This document shows, piece by piece, positions 36,703 to 50,534 of a stretch of 64,000 nucleotides of DNA. Position numbers and translations under genes: made by a program. Each line of letters begins with the position of its first letter. Position 1 is the first letter of the stretch. Below the pieces are notes generated by a model. The model had not been told where the DNA came from and ran no database searches. It worked only from the letters and a program-made list of their open reading frames with translations. Source of the DNA: Guillardia theta CCMP2712 (Eukaryota > Protista > Cryptophyta); assembly GCF_000315625.1 (NCBI RefSeq), contig NW_005434593.1, positions 104,254 through 168,253 on the forward strand, written 5' to 3'.

Positions 36703-39700
36703 TCATTCCTCTTGGTTGTATCGTTTCCTGGTAGCGGCGAGCACCTTATCGAGCTGGTGGGATAGCGAGTGATTGATAGCTGCTGAGCTCTGGTGAACAT
36801 CTTCCAGCTTCTTGAGTAGCTCCTCCTCCTTGCCCTCTCCATGAGCGCCAAGAACGATCGCGGCTCTCTGTCAAGCTTTTAGCGAGGGAGATGGAGGGAG
36901 GGAGGGAGCGAGCAGATGGAGGCGGGGGAATGGGACGAGTGAGAGACAAGGAAAGAGAGTTGGAGGCAGAGAGGGGGATGTTGGCAGAGTGGGGTGGGCG
37001 GAAGGAAGGGAGGGAAGGAGGGAGGAGAGGTGAGGGACGAGGGGAGCAAGGGGGGGGGGGGAGGAGGAAGAGGAGGGGGTAGTCTTACCTGAGGAAACCA
37101 GAGGAGGTCGACCTTCTGCTTTGCGACCTTGAGCTGCTTGCCAGTGTCTTTGTCGCAGAGGACCTCGTGGGTGTCCGGGTCACGTACCAGGGTCAGGACC
37201 TTGCTGAAGACGTAAGACTCGCCGCCGGAGTAGTCGTCATAGTCCCTCTCCTTGAGGTACACGAAGAAGTAGAGGTAGTTCCAGAGGTTGTGCTCTCTTC
37301 CTATGTGGTCCTCGAAGCCCGTTCCCGTCCTGCTCTCCTGGTCGAAGAGGATGCGGTCGAGGCCGCAGATGAAGCACTTCCCCGTAATCTCTTCATCCAG
37401 CTCCTCCTTCTTCTCGCGCAGCTCCGCGAAGGTGTCGATGATGATACCGAAGATGATGTTCATCAGGATCGTCGTGACCATCACGTAGAACAGGAACGTG
37501 TACACCATGCGGTACACGATGAGATAGCGATCGGGACTGGAAGGGTCGTCGACGGTCCAAGGGATCTCATGGAGAGCTTCACCAAGGTCTCCCTTGCGCA
37601 GGCCCATGTCCAGGACCACCAGGGTACACTTCCATATTGAAGTACACCGCGCTCCGTTGTTGTTCGGGTCCAGCCTGCGACCTCCCTCGATGTTGGCCCT
37701 CTCGAAGCGGAACTTCTCAGGGAAGAGGAGGAAGCCTACGACGCCGAAGATGTAGTACATGATGACGAGCAGCACGGCAGTCTGGATCAGCGAGGCCCCA
37801 CGGTATGTGATGGACTTGATCACGTTGCGCAGCACTCGGCTGTGATTGAACACTTCGAGGAGGTGGATGAGGAGGAAGAAGAATCGCCCCTCCGACGAGA
37901 GCACGAGCGCGAGGAGGCTTGCAAGGGACATGAGCGTTATCCACCAGAAGAAGAGGTCCGAGAAGAGGTACAACACGCTCACAAAGTCGACTTTCCTCAC
38001 TTGCAGCGCGCTCGGTCGGACCTGCAAGCATGTCAAGCACGTTCAGCGCACAGGAGGATGGTAAACCTTGAGTCGTCGATGGCGGTAGTTGGGGTCGGAC
38101 TGATCGGGGGGGAGGGAGAGGAGGAGCTGGAGGAGGCGGTTCTGCGGAGGGAGGTAGCTGTGTCTCTGAATGAGCTGCTTGATCCTGGGGATCCCTCGCT
38201 CTACCACGTACCACCACTGCCGCGTGATGGCGAGGAGGAACTGGACGACTGAGAGGGCGATCAGACATTCCTTGGCCACAGGGCGGACCTTGTACGTCCT
38301 CAAGTCCTCGTTGTCGCCGCAGTCGAACGACCCGTTGCACTCGTACGCGTAGAAGAAGAGGATGACGAGGTTGATGAGGCAGGCGTTGAAGAAGAAGGCT
38401 TGCTCCCTCACGCGGTAGGACAGGCCGAAGAAGCGCAGGAGGGGATGCTGGTTCAGCAGCTGCTGATACCTCATCTCATCGTAGAACTCCTCCATTCTCT
38501 CCGTGAAACCCGTCAGCTGAGATTGCAAGTTGGTCCGTTTGACGTTGTAGATGAAGCGCTTTTTGGAGGTGACGGTAAGGTACTGGCAGATGTCTGGGAT
38601 GATGAAGTAAGCTCTTTCCAACACTCCTTTCCTGCTGATCTCTATCACACCAACTTTCCGCTTCAAGTTGTTCAGGTCCCATATGTTTTCTTCTGTGCAC
38701 GCCTTCTGCAAGGTCCCGGTGTTGTCGAACTCTGCGAGAGTGATGTATGTGATGTAGTAGTGCTGGGCGATAGTCTCAGCCTCCTTGTCCTCCTCGCTCT
38801 CCCCAGTCGTGTGCGGGATATCCCAGAAGGAGGCGTCGAAGTGCTTCGGTATGTGAAGCTTGATCTTCTCGCAGTCATGGAGGGACTTGAGAGTCCGAAG
38901 TCTGTTCGGGTTGTACTTGCGCAGCAAGAGGTTCATGTTGTCGATGAGGTTGTTGGCGTTCAAAGAAGCAAGCATCCTCTCTGGGATATAAGAACGGTCG
39001 ACGCACTCCAGGAGGGCAAGGAGTACTGTAGCAGTAGCCGCCTTCAGTTTGAAGATGTTCTTCTCGTACTCCTCCTCCTCCTCCTCCTCGACCTTCGAGC
39101 TAGTCCTCGCCATGTTGAGGCTCAGAATCTCGTTGGCACAAGCGCACAGCCTCGTATCCACCAGCGCCACCTGGTTGCCCCGGCAAGGACTCTGAGTGAA
39201 TTCAGCGATGGCGAGCATTGCGACCTGAACCTCCTCCACCGTCCGGCATGAGATGTACTGCACGACTCCGTCGACGTAGGAGGCGGCACTGGACACGAGG
39301 TCGACGGACCGGGCGCTCCCTTGCTGGAACCGCAGGAAGTTCTGCAGCTTCAGGTTGTGACCCTCGCAGAGCAGGTGGAGGAAGCGCATGATGTGCTTGA
39401 CCTGAGACTCTCCCATCCCTCCTTTCATCCTGATCGCTCGCACCACCAGCGAGTGGAGGCTGCCGTCCTGCCCTGCAGTGGCCCTGTGCTGCTCCCTGGC
39501 CCCTCTCCTCGACGAATGCTTCTCCTTCGCCTCCCGCTCCCCCCTCTTGATCCTCCGCTGGAGCTCCGCGAAGAAGTCCGGGGCTCCTTTCATGATGCTG
39601 ATCACCTCGTAGAACGACTCTTGGAACACCTGCCCCGCGCTCTGAAGGAGCTCGATCCCAACTTCCATGCAACAGTAGGCGAGCCGGTCGCTGACGTTCT

Positions 39701-42700
39701 TGTCGCTCATCAGTGTGACAAGAAGGGATGGAACCTCACTCCTGAGCCACTCGGGCGGGAGCTCGTCGGAGACAGCTCTCCTCCACCTTACTGTGAGGAT
39801 TCTCAACACCTGCGATGAAGTTGTTAGGGAGTTCTTGACGACGAGGTAGATTTGTGAACAGATGTAAAACTCTCCTCCTTACGAGTGTTCACTTCTTCCA
39901 CATCTCTCATCTTGTCATGTCTGCTTCTTCCCTCTCGCCCTCTTGAGACTTCTCCTATCCTCTCTCGCCTTCACAACCTGCTCCTGCTCCTACTTCTGCT
40001 CCCCTTCTTACTCTTCCTCCTCCTCCTCAGTCCCTAGACCTCTCTCGCACACGCACACTGACCTTGAGCGCAATCAGCATCTCGTGCTCAACAATGTCTC
40101 CTCCTCCAGAGCAGTTCTTGATCAGCAGCTCCACCATGTACTTCGCCTGATCCGCCTGGAACAGCATCGTCGGCTCCTCCGAGATCGAGCTCGACGAGGA
40201 GAGGTTCACTTTCGTCTCCTTCAGCAACTGGATGCTGTTGCAAAGGTTCAACATCTCCTCTCTGTCCTGCCCTAGCACGAGCCTCCCATTCTCCCCATCA
40301 GCAGCCGTCTCCTGCCGCCCAACGGGGTCAACAGCCTGCAGAAAAGCCTGCGCAAAGAGCTCGACGCCCTGCATCAACTCCGAAGCAAGGTCCTTGATGT
40401 CCTTCAGGTTGTAGTCCTGCTGCTGCTCCTCCTCCTCTTGGCTCACTCGCACGTCCGACAGCCTCCTGCGGCTCGAGTCGACTTGCATGTGCTGCTTTGC
40501 GCGGTCGGTGAGGACGGCGGTGGAGATGACGTGCCTGGACCGAACGATCTCGTAGATGTCGACGAGGACGGAGGCCCTGTCAGCGTTCAGCGCTCGCTCG
40601 TTAAGAATGTCGACAATGCGGTCGACAAGAAGGCTAAGGCATGTCATGTTGTCCTCGCTCGTCTGCTCCATGACCTCCTCCTTGACCAGCACGTCCTTGA
40701 TGAAGGGAGCCCAGTCGTTGACGAACAGCTGGGAGAAGTTGAAGGAACGAGGAGAGAAGAGCACCGAGAACTCTCGCAGGCTGACTGACCTGACCGTCTC
40801 CTGCACGTACTGAATGATGTCCCACAGGTTCTCTTGGAGGATCGGATGGGAGATGGGCTGGTCGTTCCTGAGGTACAACAGCCGCATGATCCTGAGCAGG
40901 TGCATCTTGGCGCATGGCAGCGTCTCTTCAGACAAGATCTCCTCCTTCAACTTGGTCGGAGGGAGCAGACTCTGAACCTGGAAGTGCAGCTCTGAGTTGG
41001 GATCCTCCAGCATGACGATGAGCAAGTTCAGCAGCTTCACATGGTACGCCATGTGGAACACTGATCGCTTCTCCAGAGCATCCGTGAACGTTACCCTGGA
41101 TGCCTTCTCTTCGCTCCCGCTGTGTACCGTCGACAGGAGGTGCAGGACCTTGTCTGTCAGATTGGCGGCAGACCTTCCGTTTGCCAGCAGCTCTACCTTC
41201 CTCCGCCTCCCGCCCTGCCCTCGAAAAAGCAGCAGAGCCTCCTCCTCCGTATCCGGCGACCTGTCGTCGGCACCGCCCAGGCTCCTCGACCCCTCGCACT
41301 TGTACGGCCCGTACTGGCACAGCTGCTTGAAGGTGTACTGGAGGTTTTTGGAGACGTGGGTGCCGCCTACTAGGCAGACGGAGCAGAAGAAGTCGAGGTA
41401 GTGAGGCTTGCGGTACTTGTGGTCTGACCCTGATATGATGTGCTGGATGATCCGAGCAATGGTCTTCTCCTCCACCTCATTCGACAACTTCCAGTTGTCC
41501 TGGAAGATGGAGGACAGAGCTCTGGTAACATGGAGCCCACGTCCGATGAAGACGAGGAGGAGGTCGACATGCTTGGACAGCAGCATCTGGTTCTCTTCAG
41601 CATGGCGGCAGAAGCTGTCGATGAAGCGGAAGCAGAGGTAGAGCAGCCGTAGAAACCTCTGTTCCAGCACTCCCCTCTCAGCTTCCCTCGGATCATACGA
41701 CAGCGTCGAAGCTGAGATCCACTTGATACTTGCTTCCAGTACCTCGACGATGAGTAGGTGGACGCGGGACCGGCGGACGGTCTCCTTGTTGTGGATCGAG
41801 ACTCTGACCTCCTCTGCCGTCTCCTCTCTCGGCCTGCAGATGTCGGAGACTGAGGCTACAGCTCTGCAAACATCGCTTAGCTCCTCGAGGTCGATGGCGA
41901 CGGTCTTGAAGGAGGAGCGGAGGGAGCGGAGGAGGCGAGCTCTGTGCTTGTGTAGCGTTCTCATGCTCTCCTTGCACTTCTTGTAGGCGCTGATGGAGCC
42001 AGGGTCGAAGAGAATCTGAGGAGAAGGTGAGGAGAAGAAAGAAAGCGCTGAAGATGCTGGAAGTAGTCGACATGCAGGAGGAGGAGGAGGAGGAGGAGCA
42101 AGAGCAAGAGGAGGATTGGTTTGGAGCAGGAGGAGAAAGAGGAGGAGGAGGAGTGTTGCAGTGAGGAGACCTGTATGTTGTTCAACTCTCTGTACAGCTC
42201 CAACCTCGGCGAATGTTCACGGAAGAGAAGTTTGAGGGCGACTAGCGAAAGCTCCTTCATGTCAAACTTGAGAAGGTGGAGCAGGTTGTCTGCGAGCCTG
42301 TTTCCTCCCCCTCCGTTGGAGAGGGAGAGGTAGGAGATCAGCTTCGCCATCTCATCCCTGTGGTTCGTCCTCAGCAGCTCCTCCAACCTCTCCACGTCCT
42401 CGGGGCCGAAGGACCTGGACCTGCTCGATGGAATCGCAACCTTGTACACAGAGAGGAGCTTGGGGAGCCTGATCTTGAGCCTCAGGTCGCAGACGAAGTC
42501 GAGCATGCGGCAGACTGCAAGCTTGGTCCTGAGCAGCGTCGTTCTGATCTCGTTCTCAACTCTGTTGTCTGAACGATCAGCGCATTCGTCGGGGACGTAT
42601 CGCTTGTCAAGGTGGGACAGAAGGCAAGGGATGAGCGAGCTGTTCATCTCATCGTAGTCAGAGAAGCAGCCAAGTCTCAACAGCTCGGAGCACAGCTCGG

Positions 42701-45161
42701 CCAGCGACAGGCTGTACAGGAGAGCGTCCTTGAGCGCCTCTTGGCCGTTGTTCTTGTTGAGGAGCCCGAACTTGGCCGAGTTCAACAGGTTGTTCACCAC
42801 ACACTTCTTCAGAGGGCGGAAGTCTCGGAATATTTTGTCGAGCTCGAAGGTTGGGCGGGGCAGGTCGAGAGCCTCGTCGATCTCGTGGAGAAGCTGCGTT
42901 GAGATGTGGAGCTGGACGTAGTCGCTGGGGTTGCGCTGGACGTACAGCACGAGCATCAGCCTGGCGAACCTCCGCAGCAGGGACAAGGGAAGCTTTTCTC
43001 CCTCGAGAGAGCTGAGGAGAGCGTCGTAGCTGACGAGCTTGTTGATCACTTGACGGCTGCGGTGGTTGCAGCCGATGCAGAGGCTCTCGTAGAGCTCGAG
43101 ACACACGAGGTAGAGGTGGAAGACTCCCTCGTACGCTGGTGATACGCACACGGCCTCGAGGTCGATGGTCTTGGTCGCCTTGCCCTGCTGGTACACGACC
43201 TCCGCCATGTCCTTGTCCCCCTTGTGAGTCTTGATCAGGAACTTGGAGAGGTCCTGCAGCAGCTTGTGGGAGATGTAGTCTTGAAGATGTATGATCCCCT
43301 TGTCTCCGCACTTAGCGTACGACGTGAAGATCTTGAGGAGCAGCGGAAGGTTGTCGTGAGATGTCTGGAGGGTAGAGATGAATTGGTCGATGTCAGATTC
43401 TTGAGTGTTGCCAATCAACTCCTCGTTCTCATGTATGATCACTTTGATAGTCTCTCCGACGATCTCGGTGCAGACCGGGTTCCGCAAGTGGCTGTCGAAG
43501 TCGCGGATGAAGGAAGAGATCGTCTTGCCGTTGGCGAAGCAGTTGTAGCATGCGCTCTGCAAGAGCTCATGGCAGCGGAAGTAGATGGAGCGGAGGGACT
43601 CGAACTCCCCGTTCTTGTGCTCCGACGAGCTCCAGAGGTTGTAGATGGAGAGAGCCAGCTCGACGACAAGCACCAGCACCTTGCTGTTTCTCAGCAGGTG
43701 CTTCCAGAACATGGAGCGGTTGTGATGAGAGACGTTGCAGTTGTTGATGGCATCTTCAAGCACCTTGAGGGTGGACAGGTGGTTGTAGGTCGATATGTTG
43801 ACCTTGACCTGGAAGTCCTTCATGTTGATCAGCGACTGGTACAACCTGAGCGCCTTCTCCAGACTCAACATCGTCCTGCACGCTACCTCCACATCCTCAG
43901 ACACAGGCAGCACATCGAAGACATCCCCCTTGTTCAACCACTCGATCATCGTCAGCGTCGACCTCTTCCCGTCATGCTCGTGCTGCGCATGGAGGTACGC
44001 CTTCTGCTCTCGCGAGCGAATATGGCAGCAGCCCCCCCAACGCATTAGGCCCGAGGTAAGGAAGACAGGATCCAACGTGAGACGAGCATCGTAGTTCCTC
44101 TCTAGCGCCATCTCCAGCCCTTGCTTGCTGAGACAGAGGTACCGCCCAGTCAACAGGTTCTGCAGCATACAGTTGTCGCCGTACTCGACCTGCCGACCTG
44201 TCTCCCCTCCCTCCAGCTCCAACCTCCACAGCGAGAATGCCATCAGCCCCAACTCATCCTTCTCCAGCCCCAGCTCGCACTCCTCCCCCCGCACGATGGA
44301 GGAGACGTAGAGGTCGTGCTCCTTGTGGGTCAGCCTGACTACACTCCCTCCCCTGACGAAGCTGGGGCCGAAGCTGTCCCACCTCGCATGCTTTCTCAGC
44401 TTCCAGTTGCAGGTGTCTCGGTACGAGAAGATTTCATGGACGTCGTAGGGCAGCAGGTTGTGCGCTGGATCCTCCGACTTGTCTGCGGCGACTTGCACGA
44501 ACGTCTCTGCTGCAAAGGCGGCGATGCAGATGCTGTCATGGTAGCGGACTGGATCGTAGAGGTTGTGACTCTTGTACCTTGGAGTGAAGACAAACCATGA
44601 GTTCTCGTCGTAGTCCCTCCTGATCTTCACTCCTGCCACGGAGGAGCCGTTCTTGCCCACTTGCTCAGCGATCAACATCTTGCCGCTCTTGAAGTGCTTC
44701 AGCTGCACTTTGTCCCCGAACTTGACAACCTTCCCCAGGTTCCTCCTGGACTCTGACTCGTTCGTCATCTGCTCGTTCTGCATGTCGGAGAGGAGGCTCG
44801 CGAGCATCTTTTTCTTCTGCACGTCTGTCATCCCGACCAGACTGTCCACGTGCTGCAGTGTTGAGTTGTACTTGATACGAGCTGCATGATTCTCCTTTGC
44901 ATACACAACAAACAGCGAGTCTACATCGTCGGCTCCATCCGCAAGGTCGAAGTTGCGTCTCAGCCAACAGTTCTCATCTACAAACCCATCGGAGCTCATC
45001 GATCCAGGAATGTCCGCGCACACGATGCTGAACACATCCCCGATCCGAAGGTGATTCGCATCCTCAACTCTCTGCCCTTCATGCTCCAGGATGACGCTCT
45101 CATACCTTGACCGTGCGCTCTGCACGAAAGTCGTTTGAGGCGAAGCTAGCGAAGACTCCAT
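36703..45161 (-). CDS. ITPR: Inositol 1,4,5-trisphosphate receptor-like intracellular Ca2+ channel (IP3R/RyR family), about 5 large exons
   Basis: MIR/beta-trefoil motif VKFGDKVQLKHFKSGKML and RIH-associated MRFLHLLCEGHNLKLQNFLRFQ. The TM region has S6 NIIFGIIIDTFAELR, followed by the Zn motif CFICG...FEDHIGREHNLWNYLYF. Confidence 0.93.
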
Positions 45162-45253
45162 GTCTTGTCCACTCCTTCACTTCACCCCTTCATGATCGGC
45201 CTGCCCGGTGATATCAGAGCATGCCAAACAATCAGACGGCATGCGATGGTTGA

Positions 45254-47120
45254 ATGCGCTCCAAGAAGGGCAGATACGAAGTGGCTTCCTCCTCTCCTGC
45301 TGCCTACCTTCCTGTCCTGACTGTCCCTAAGGTGCTCCTCTCCTCCTTCACTGATCTTCTATCTCCTTCTTCCTTCCTCCTAATGTCCAATCCTCTGCTC
45401 CTATCCTGTGCTGTGCTGTGCTTTTGCTGTGCTGTGCTGTGCTGTGCTGTGCTGTGCTGTGCTGTGCTGTGCTGTGCTGTGCTGTGCTGTGCTGTGCTGT
45501 GCTGTGCTGTGCTGTGCTGTGCTGTTCTGTCCTCTCTCCCCTCCCCTCATGGGTAGCTCACCATGTTTGCCCGACATAGACCAACAAGGAATGTGGCCCT
45601 CGTCCCCTCTCGCACCCAACTCAATCGTGCGGTCGCTATGCAGGTTTCTTCCCCGCCCCCGCCCCTACCTCCTGCTGCTCCTGCTCCTGCTCCTCCTGCT
45701 CCTGCTCCTCTTTCTCCTTCTTGTTTTTCTCCTCTTCCTTGTCCTTCTCATCTTACTCCTCCTTATGGTCGTCTTACTCCTTCTTCTCGACGAACTCCGC
45801 TTCTTTGGTTTTCCCCTCCATATCCTTCCCTTCGTTTTGAAACATTATCATCCCTCCTAGAATCTCTCCCTTACACCCACCTGATCACCTCACCTCACCT
45901 CTCTTCCCCTCCCCTCCTATAATCTCCTCTTCTCTCGATGCTGCAAACGTGTGTCATCTTTGCCTTGTGCTCAGGTCTACTCGGAAAACTCCGACGGCAC
46001 CATCCTATGGAATGCTTCACTGGTGCTGCGCAACTACCTACAGAAGAAGCAGAGTGAGTTCTCAGGACGGAGAGTGTTGGAGCTCGGAGCAGGACTGGGT
46101 CACCTGTCCCTTGCGATCAGCAGGATGGGCGCGCATGTCACATCGACGGAAGCTCGTTGTAGAGGTGCGAACTCGGCCTCCTCGCTGCTGCTCCTGCCCA
46201 GTGACTCTGACTGGCAGTGGAAGAGGCTGCGACAGCGAGCGGCAGCTGCAGGTGCTGGGGGTGTGTCAATCAACTGAGGAGGAGCGTGAAGAAGAACCTT
46301 GCGCTGGAGCAAGACGTGTCGCTGAACGAGTGGAACGATGTTGGATGTGAAGGGATGGAGGTCTGACTGAGTTGTCAACTCAGATGTATGGTCTTGGAAA
46401 GATCGAGTGACGTCTGAGGGTGGCAGGGGAAAGGCTCAATCAGGGTTGTTGAGCTCCAGTGGGGAGAGGAGGCGAAAGATCGCTGGGTGAGGAGAGGAGG
46501 AGAGGAGAGGAGAGGAGAGGAGAGGAGAGGAAGGGAAACGAGAGGAGAGGAGGGGAGGGGAGGGGAGAGGAGAGGAGAGGAGAGGAGAGGGGAGTGAGGG
46601 GAAAAGAGGATTTCCTACGTCTTGCTCAATCTATCCCAGGGGCCTCTGAAGCAGGAATCCGAAACAGAGGATGGGAAATTCGACTACATCATAATGTCTG
46701 AAGTGATTTACAATCAGTCATCTGACTCCTTGTATGACGATGATTTCCATGACAATCTGGTTGTTTGTTTGCTTGCTTGCTTCATCTGGAGTTCTAACAA
46801 TTCTCTTGCAGATATGGACGATCTTGCAGTTTGTAAAACCCGGGACGATCATTTACAACGTGTTTGTTGACCGACCTTTCTCGTTCATGTTCTTTGCCAA
46901 GATCGATGAACTTCCTGGGAAGTAAGAAACGGACAAGAACAACTCGAACATCGTTGACTTGTTGGCAAGGCCGTTCAAGGTGGAGGTTGTCGATGAGAAG
47001 GAGTACGAGTGCCTGGTATGGACTTGTTACTTCCTGTGTCCTGTCTTCTGACCGCCGTACAAGCTGAAAGATGACGATGATGCCAAGCTGTACATGCACA
47101 AGTTATGTTATTCCGGCTGA
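45254..47120 (+). CDS. Seven-beta-strand lysine methyltransferase, METTL21/Nnt1 (Methyltransf_16) family
   Basis: GTILWNASLVLRNYL, motif I VLELGAGLGH, VTSTE and FDYIIMSEVIY. The 5' exons are uncertain. Confidence 0.82.
45407..45523. repeat. (TGTGC)n pentamer microsatellite, intronic
   Basis: Directly visible. Confidence 0.95.
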
Positions 47121-47398
47121 ACGGTTGAGACCGCTGTTTCCTTCTCTTCCTGCTCCTGCGGCAAATTTGTCGCGACAAACAGCGCAATCACCTTCTCCTC
47201 CTGTACTTCCGACTCGTCCTGACGCTCCCCCGTCACAGTTTCTTCTTCTCCCCCTCCCTGCTCCGTCCATTTCAACATTCCCTTCCTTTCATCTTCGTCA
47301 TCGTAGTCGTCATCATAACCATCTTTACCATCACCATCGCTACTGATAAACTCTAGCAACAGCAAGTTCACAAACTGTTGAACAGTCTTGCTCATACT

Positions 47399-50300
47399 TC
47401 ATTCATCGTCGTCTACCATGAACTCGTCGAGCCCGAACGTGTCCATCCCGACCTGCGGTCAAGCATGTCAGCAGGAAGGAGGAGAAAGGCTGCGATGAGG
47501 GCTCAGGATGTCGGAGGGGTGGCGAAGCTGGTGGAGAGGGGGGTGATCGAAGTCAAAGGATAAAGGAGTGAGTGCGGAAAGGAGAGGAAAAGGGGAGCAG
47601 GAGATCAAAGGGAGGAGGGGGAGCGAAGAGCGAGGAAGGGGGGGGGGAGGAGGAGGAGAGAGGAGGAGGGAGGGAGGGAGGGAGGGAGGGAGGGAGGGAG
47701 GCGGAGGGAGGGAGGGAGGAGAGAGGAGGAAGGGAAGGGAGGGACGGTCGTNNNNNNNNNNNNNNNNNNNNNNNNNNNNNNNNNNNNNNNNNNNNNNNNN
47801 NNNNNNNNNNNNNNNNNNNNNNNNNNNNNNNNNNNNNNNNNNNNNNNNNNNGGAGGGAGGAGAGAGAGAGGAGGGAGGAGGGCTGCTGCTGCAGACTGTC
47901 AAACTTCGTCACCTTGGTCTTTCCTCCCGTCTCTGTACGCATTGATGTCAGGTTGCAAACACCACAATGAGGGGCAGGGGGGGAAATAATAAGAAGGCAG
48001 CCGATGAGGGGAAGGAAATGGGGAGGAGGAGAAGGAGGAGGAAGACGAGGTCAAGGGGGAGGACGAAGAGGAACAAAAGGAAGAAGAGGAGGAGAAAGAA
48101 GACAAGGAGGAGGAGGAACAGCAGCTAGGTCCTCACTCTTTGGAGCCGAAGTCGACACTCCTGCAGGGGCAGGGGAGCTCGGAGCAGGGGAGGGCTCGCG
48201 CGAGACCGGGGCACCGGGGAGACGATCAGCCCCGAGGAGACGGAGGTTGACCTGGAGACGTCAGGACAGGAGGAGGAGTCGGAACGAGGAGGAGGCGGGA
48301 CGAGGAGGAGGCGGAAAGAGGAGAAGGAGGAGGAGGCGGGACGAGGAGGAGGCGGAAAGAGGAGAAGGAGGAGGAGGAGGCGGAAAGAGGAGAAGGAGGA
48401 GGAGGAGCTGGAGGAAGAGGATTGTACCTGAGAGCTGCGCTTGCTTGTCATCTGCCCTATGACGTAGAGGGCCTGCTCCAGGTCCTGTGCTGGTGGATGA
48501 GAAGAAATGGCAGGCAGGTGCGCCTGACCTCAGGGACGCCGTTGCAAACTCCCGAGACGATGACTCCCGTGTACCCCGAGCTGTGGAGCTGCTTTGTCTG
48601 CGGGCGAGTGAGGGCAGAGGAGGAGCGGAGGGACGAGGGAGCGAACAAGGATCGGGCAGAAGGAGCAGGAGGAGGAAGAGGATGATGATGAAGGAGAGCA
48701 GAAGCAGGAGCAGGATCAGGAGCAGCACGGGGCGAACCAGCTCGAAGCAATCTTCTTCTGTCTCTCTCCTATAATTGACTCGAGCAATCCTGACTTGACT
48801 CTCGGGAAGACTCTTCAAGATCTGACGAACAGGTTTGAGATGTAGAGGAAGAGGGAAAAGAGAAAAAATGAGGAGAAGCATGAAGAGGGAGGAGGGAGGA
48901 GGGAGGAGGGAGGAGGGAGGGAGAGGGAAACAAGACAAGAGGAACAGGGGAAGGGACAAGGACAATAGCACGAGCACGAGAAGGTAGGAGGATGTCACCT
49001 GCTGAGCAGACTCGGCGTCATATGCCTCAGCAATCACCACCTCGCAGTTGCATGCCGCCTGCTCTGTGAGGATGAGCCAAGGAAAATTTGCCGTCCTTCA
49101 CGCACCGCGATCTTTGCATCGTCCTCTTGCGAAACGATGGCTACGGCTTCCATATCAAGAACCTGAGCGTACCGCGACAGTTTCTGCGCTCACGAAAGTC
49201 TCATCAAAGGACGTCCTCCTCCGCCTCCGCCTCCGCCTCCGCCTGCTCCTCCTCCCACCTCCCACCACCACCACCACCACCACCACCACCTCCTCCTCCT
49301 CCTCCTCCTCCTCCTCCAAATGTCAAGTCACACACCCCCGCTTCCTCCTCTGACAGATCGCCAGCAGCGAACGCCACGGCTCCAGCACCGGCTGCCTTGG
49401 CTTCTGCAATCTCCTTGAGGGAGGACACCCCCCCTCGGATCACACAGACTGACGGGGACGAGGAACGAGTTCAAGTCAGCATCCTGCCACACGCTGCCAG
49501 CAGCTCACCAGGGCCTGGAAACTCTCCCGCAGCAGTCTGCTGCTCTTTGCCGAATGCTTCCAGGCACTCCAAGTCTCTTCCCTCCGGCTGCAGGTCGATC
49601 CAGATGGCACAGCACTGACCATCTCTTAGGCCCTGCAGACATCACGATCAGCGGGAGAGGGGGAGGAAGAGGGGGATGAGCGAAAGATTGGGGGCAGAAG
49701 GAGGGGGAGGAAGAGAAAGGGTGAAAGAGGTGGAGGAAGGGAGGAGGGGAGGGGGGGAATGGGGAGGGGGAGGGGACCAGGAGGAGAGGTGGAAGAGGGG
49801 GAGGGATGGAGGAGGACGAGGGGGAGGGGTGGAAGAGGGGAAGGGGTGGAAGAGAAGAGGAGGGGTAAAAGGGTTGAGGCGAAAGTGGGATGGGGATGAC
49901 AGAGGAGACAGGGAGTCTTGCCTGGGAGATGCCTGCTTTGCCAGTGATCTGGAAGGGATCTTGTGGATCGGAAGATTTCACCGGCGTGTCTGCAGCAACA
50001 TTTGATGAAGACGCAAAGTCAAATCAAGGTTTTACTTCCAGGTGAAGTCCGTGACTCGCATCAGACATCAAAGAGACAAGGGAACAACAAGACCTCCACA
50101 CCAGTGCAGCATTCCATCCCGATTGCCAGAGCCTTGGAGCGCTTGTTCATCGCGGTTGCTAGTGGGGTCCTCTTCTTCGGTTTCACTTTGCCGTTCTCAG
50201 CCTGGGGAGGAACTCATTACTCTGATGAACCTACAGCAGCATGCAGCTGCTGCTGTGCAACATGAATGGCATGAGATTGACCTTGTCCATGAATTTCTCA

Positions 50301-50534
50301 ACCTCCTGCGGGTCGATCGCCATGCGCAGCCCAAGACTCGTCCCTGCCTGGCGAAGGCTCATGCTCTTGGGGAGGGAGAGCGAAGGACCTGATGGATTGA
50401 GAATAAGCGCTGTCACGAGCATGCTGGCGGGTACCTTGTAAGAAGGCACTAGAGGACCATGGCAGGACGAGGAAAGTGAGATAGATAGCAAGGCGAGGGA
50501 GAAGTCCCGGTGAAGTTCGTCTCTCACGAGGCAT
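47399..50534 (-). CDS. Plastid-targeted indole-3-glycerol-phosphate-synthase-like TIM-barrel protein (divergent), many exons
   Basis: Leader MPRERR...LTFLVLPWSSSA-FLQ plus transit peptide. IGPS-like segments EQQTAAGEFPGP, EIAEAKAAGAGAVAF and YAQVLDMEAVAIVSQEDDAKIA. Confidence 0.6.

Noticed and set aside
47108-47395. Acidic 95-aa minus-strand ORF
   Set aside because: Low-complexity sequence between two convergent stop codons, most likely 3' UTR.
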